Part shown: in pieces, positions 63,457 to 64,000 of the stretch | How the letters are laid out: the number at the start of each line of letters is the position of its first letter | How positions within the stretch are numbered: the stretch's first letter is position 1 | Source: an uncultured Acidobacteriota bacterium | Lineage (GTDB): Bacteria; Acidobacteriota; JAQAZP01 | Direction of reading: 5' to 3' | NCBI GenBank assembly: GCA_963836075.1 | Contig: CAWIIB010000009.1 | Location: forward strand, 2,144,001 to 2,208,000 | DNA: 64,000 bases | Made by a program: the position numbers and the translations under genes | Notes under the pieces: model-generated | What the model was told of the DNA's origin: nothing | Databases searched by the model: none | Seen by the model: the letters and a program-made list of their open reading frames with translations, nothing else

Positions 63457-64000
63457 ACCGGGCCCCTGCCGCTGCCCCCGCTCTACTCCGCGTCCGGGGC
63501 CTGGTCAAACACTTTCCGCTGCGCGGCCGGCTGAAGGTGCGTGCCGTTGACGGGGTGGACTTCGATCTGCATGCCGGGGAAACTCTTGGCCTGGTGGGGG
63601 AGTCGGGCAGTGGCAAGACCACGGTGGGGCGCTGCGTGCTGCGTCTGGTGGAACCCACCGCCGGCACGGTCCATCTGGACGGGGAGGACCTGCTGGCCTG
63701 CCCGGCCCGACGGCTGCGCGCGTTGCGGCGCCGGATGCAGATCATCTTCCAGGACCCGGCGGCTTCTCTCGATCCCCGGATGACCGTGGGCGCCACCGTC
63801 GGTGAGCCGCTGGCCATTCACCGCATCGTCCCCCGACCGGAGCGCCGCCGCCGGGTGGTTGCCCTGCTGGAACGGGTGGGCCTGGACCAGGGCTGCCTGC
63901 GCCGTTACCCTCACGAGTTCAGCGGCGGTCAACGCCAGCGCATCGGTATCGCCCGGGCCCTGGCCCTCGACCCTGCGCTCATCGTGGCCGACGAGGCGGT
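63453..64000 (+). CDS. Oligopeptide ABC ATP-binding protein (OppF/AppF-like), 3'-truncated
   Basis: ATGA overlap. Reads [44 protein letters not shown] up to the window edge. Confidence 0.92.
   Translation, partial: MNRAPAAAPALLRVRGLVKHFPLRGRLKVRAVDGVDFDLHAGETLGLVGESGSGKTTVGRCVLRLVEPTAGTVHLDGEDLLACPARRLRALRRRMQIIFQDPAASLDPRMTVGATVGEPLAIHRIVPRPERRRRVVALLERVGLDQGCLRRYPHEFSGGQRQRIGIARALALDPALIVADEA

Overview
High-GC bacterial chromosomal window with about 44 CDS; the first and last are cut by the window edges. An Acidobacteriota origin is inferred from a conserved hypothetical upstream of rlmN, not proven. Cell-envelope and glycan genes dominate: gmd, a GDP-mannose 3,5-epimerase-like gene, a GalE-like epimerase, a DegT aminotransferase, an HddA-like kinase, a GT2, three initiating phosphoglycosyl transferases, several GT-C/ArnT-like membrane proteins, three alkaline-phosphatase-superfamily proteins, an MsbA-like exporter and three B12-binding radical SAM enzymes. 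Housekeeping genes are interspersed (selB, tatA, polA, a MutT-like NUDIX gene, purD, purE, mtaB, rlmN, oppD/F-like). There is also a Tat-exported molybdoenzyme pair, a sensorless hybrid kinase, a PP2C phosphatase and three large secreted proteins. No rRNA, tRNA, CRISPR, transposase or phage genes were seen. Best leads: a phosphoglycosyl transferase fused to a PilZ-like domain; two candidate C-terminal surface-sorting modules (a six-repeat FG-GAP-like unit on two unrelated passengers, and a PYNQPP domain on a gingipain-like protease); four AGGA-loop hairpins after rlmN resembling Csr/Rsm sites; a B12 radical SAM with an RRE-like tail; and several REP-like elements. Four +1 frameshifts at 47.8-60.9 kb are probably assembly errors. 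All calls come from motif recognition by eye; no searches were run.
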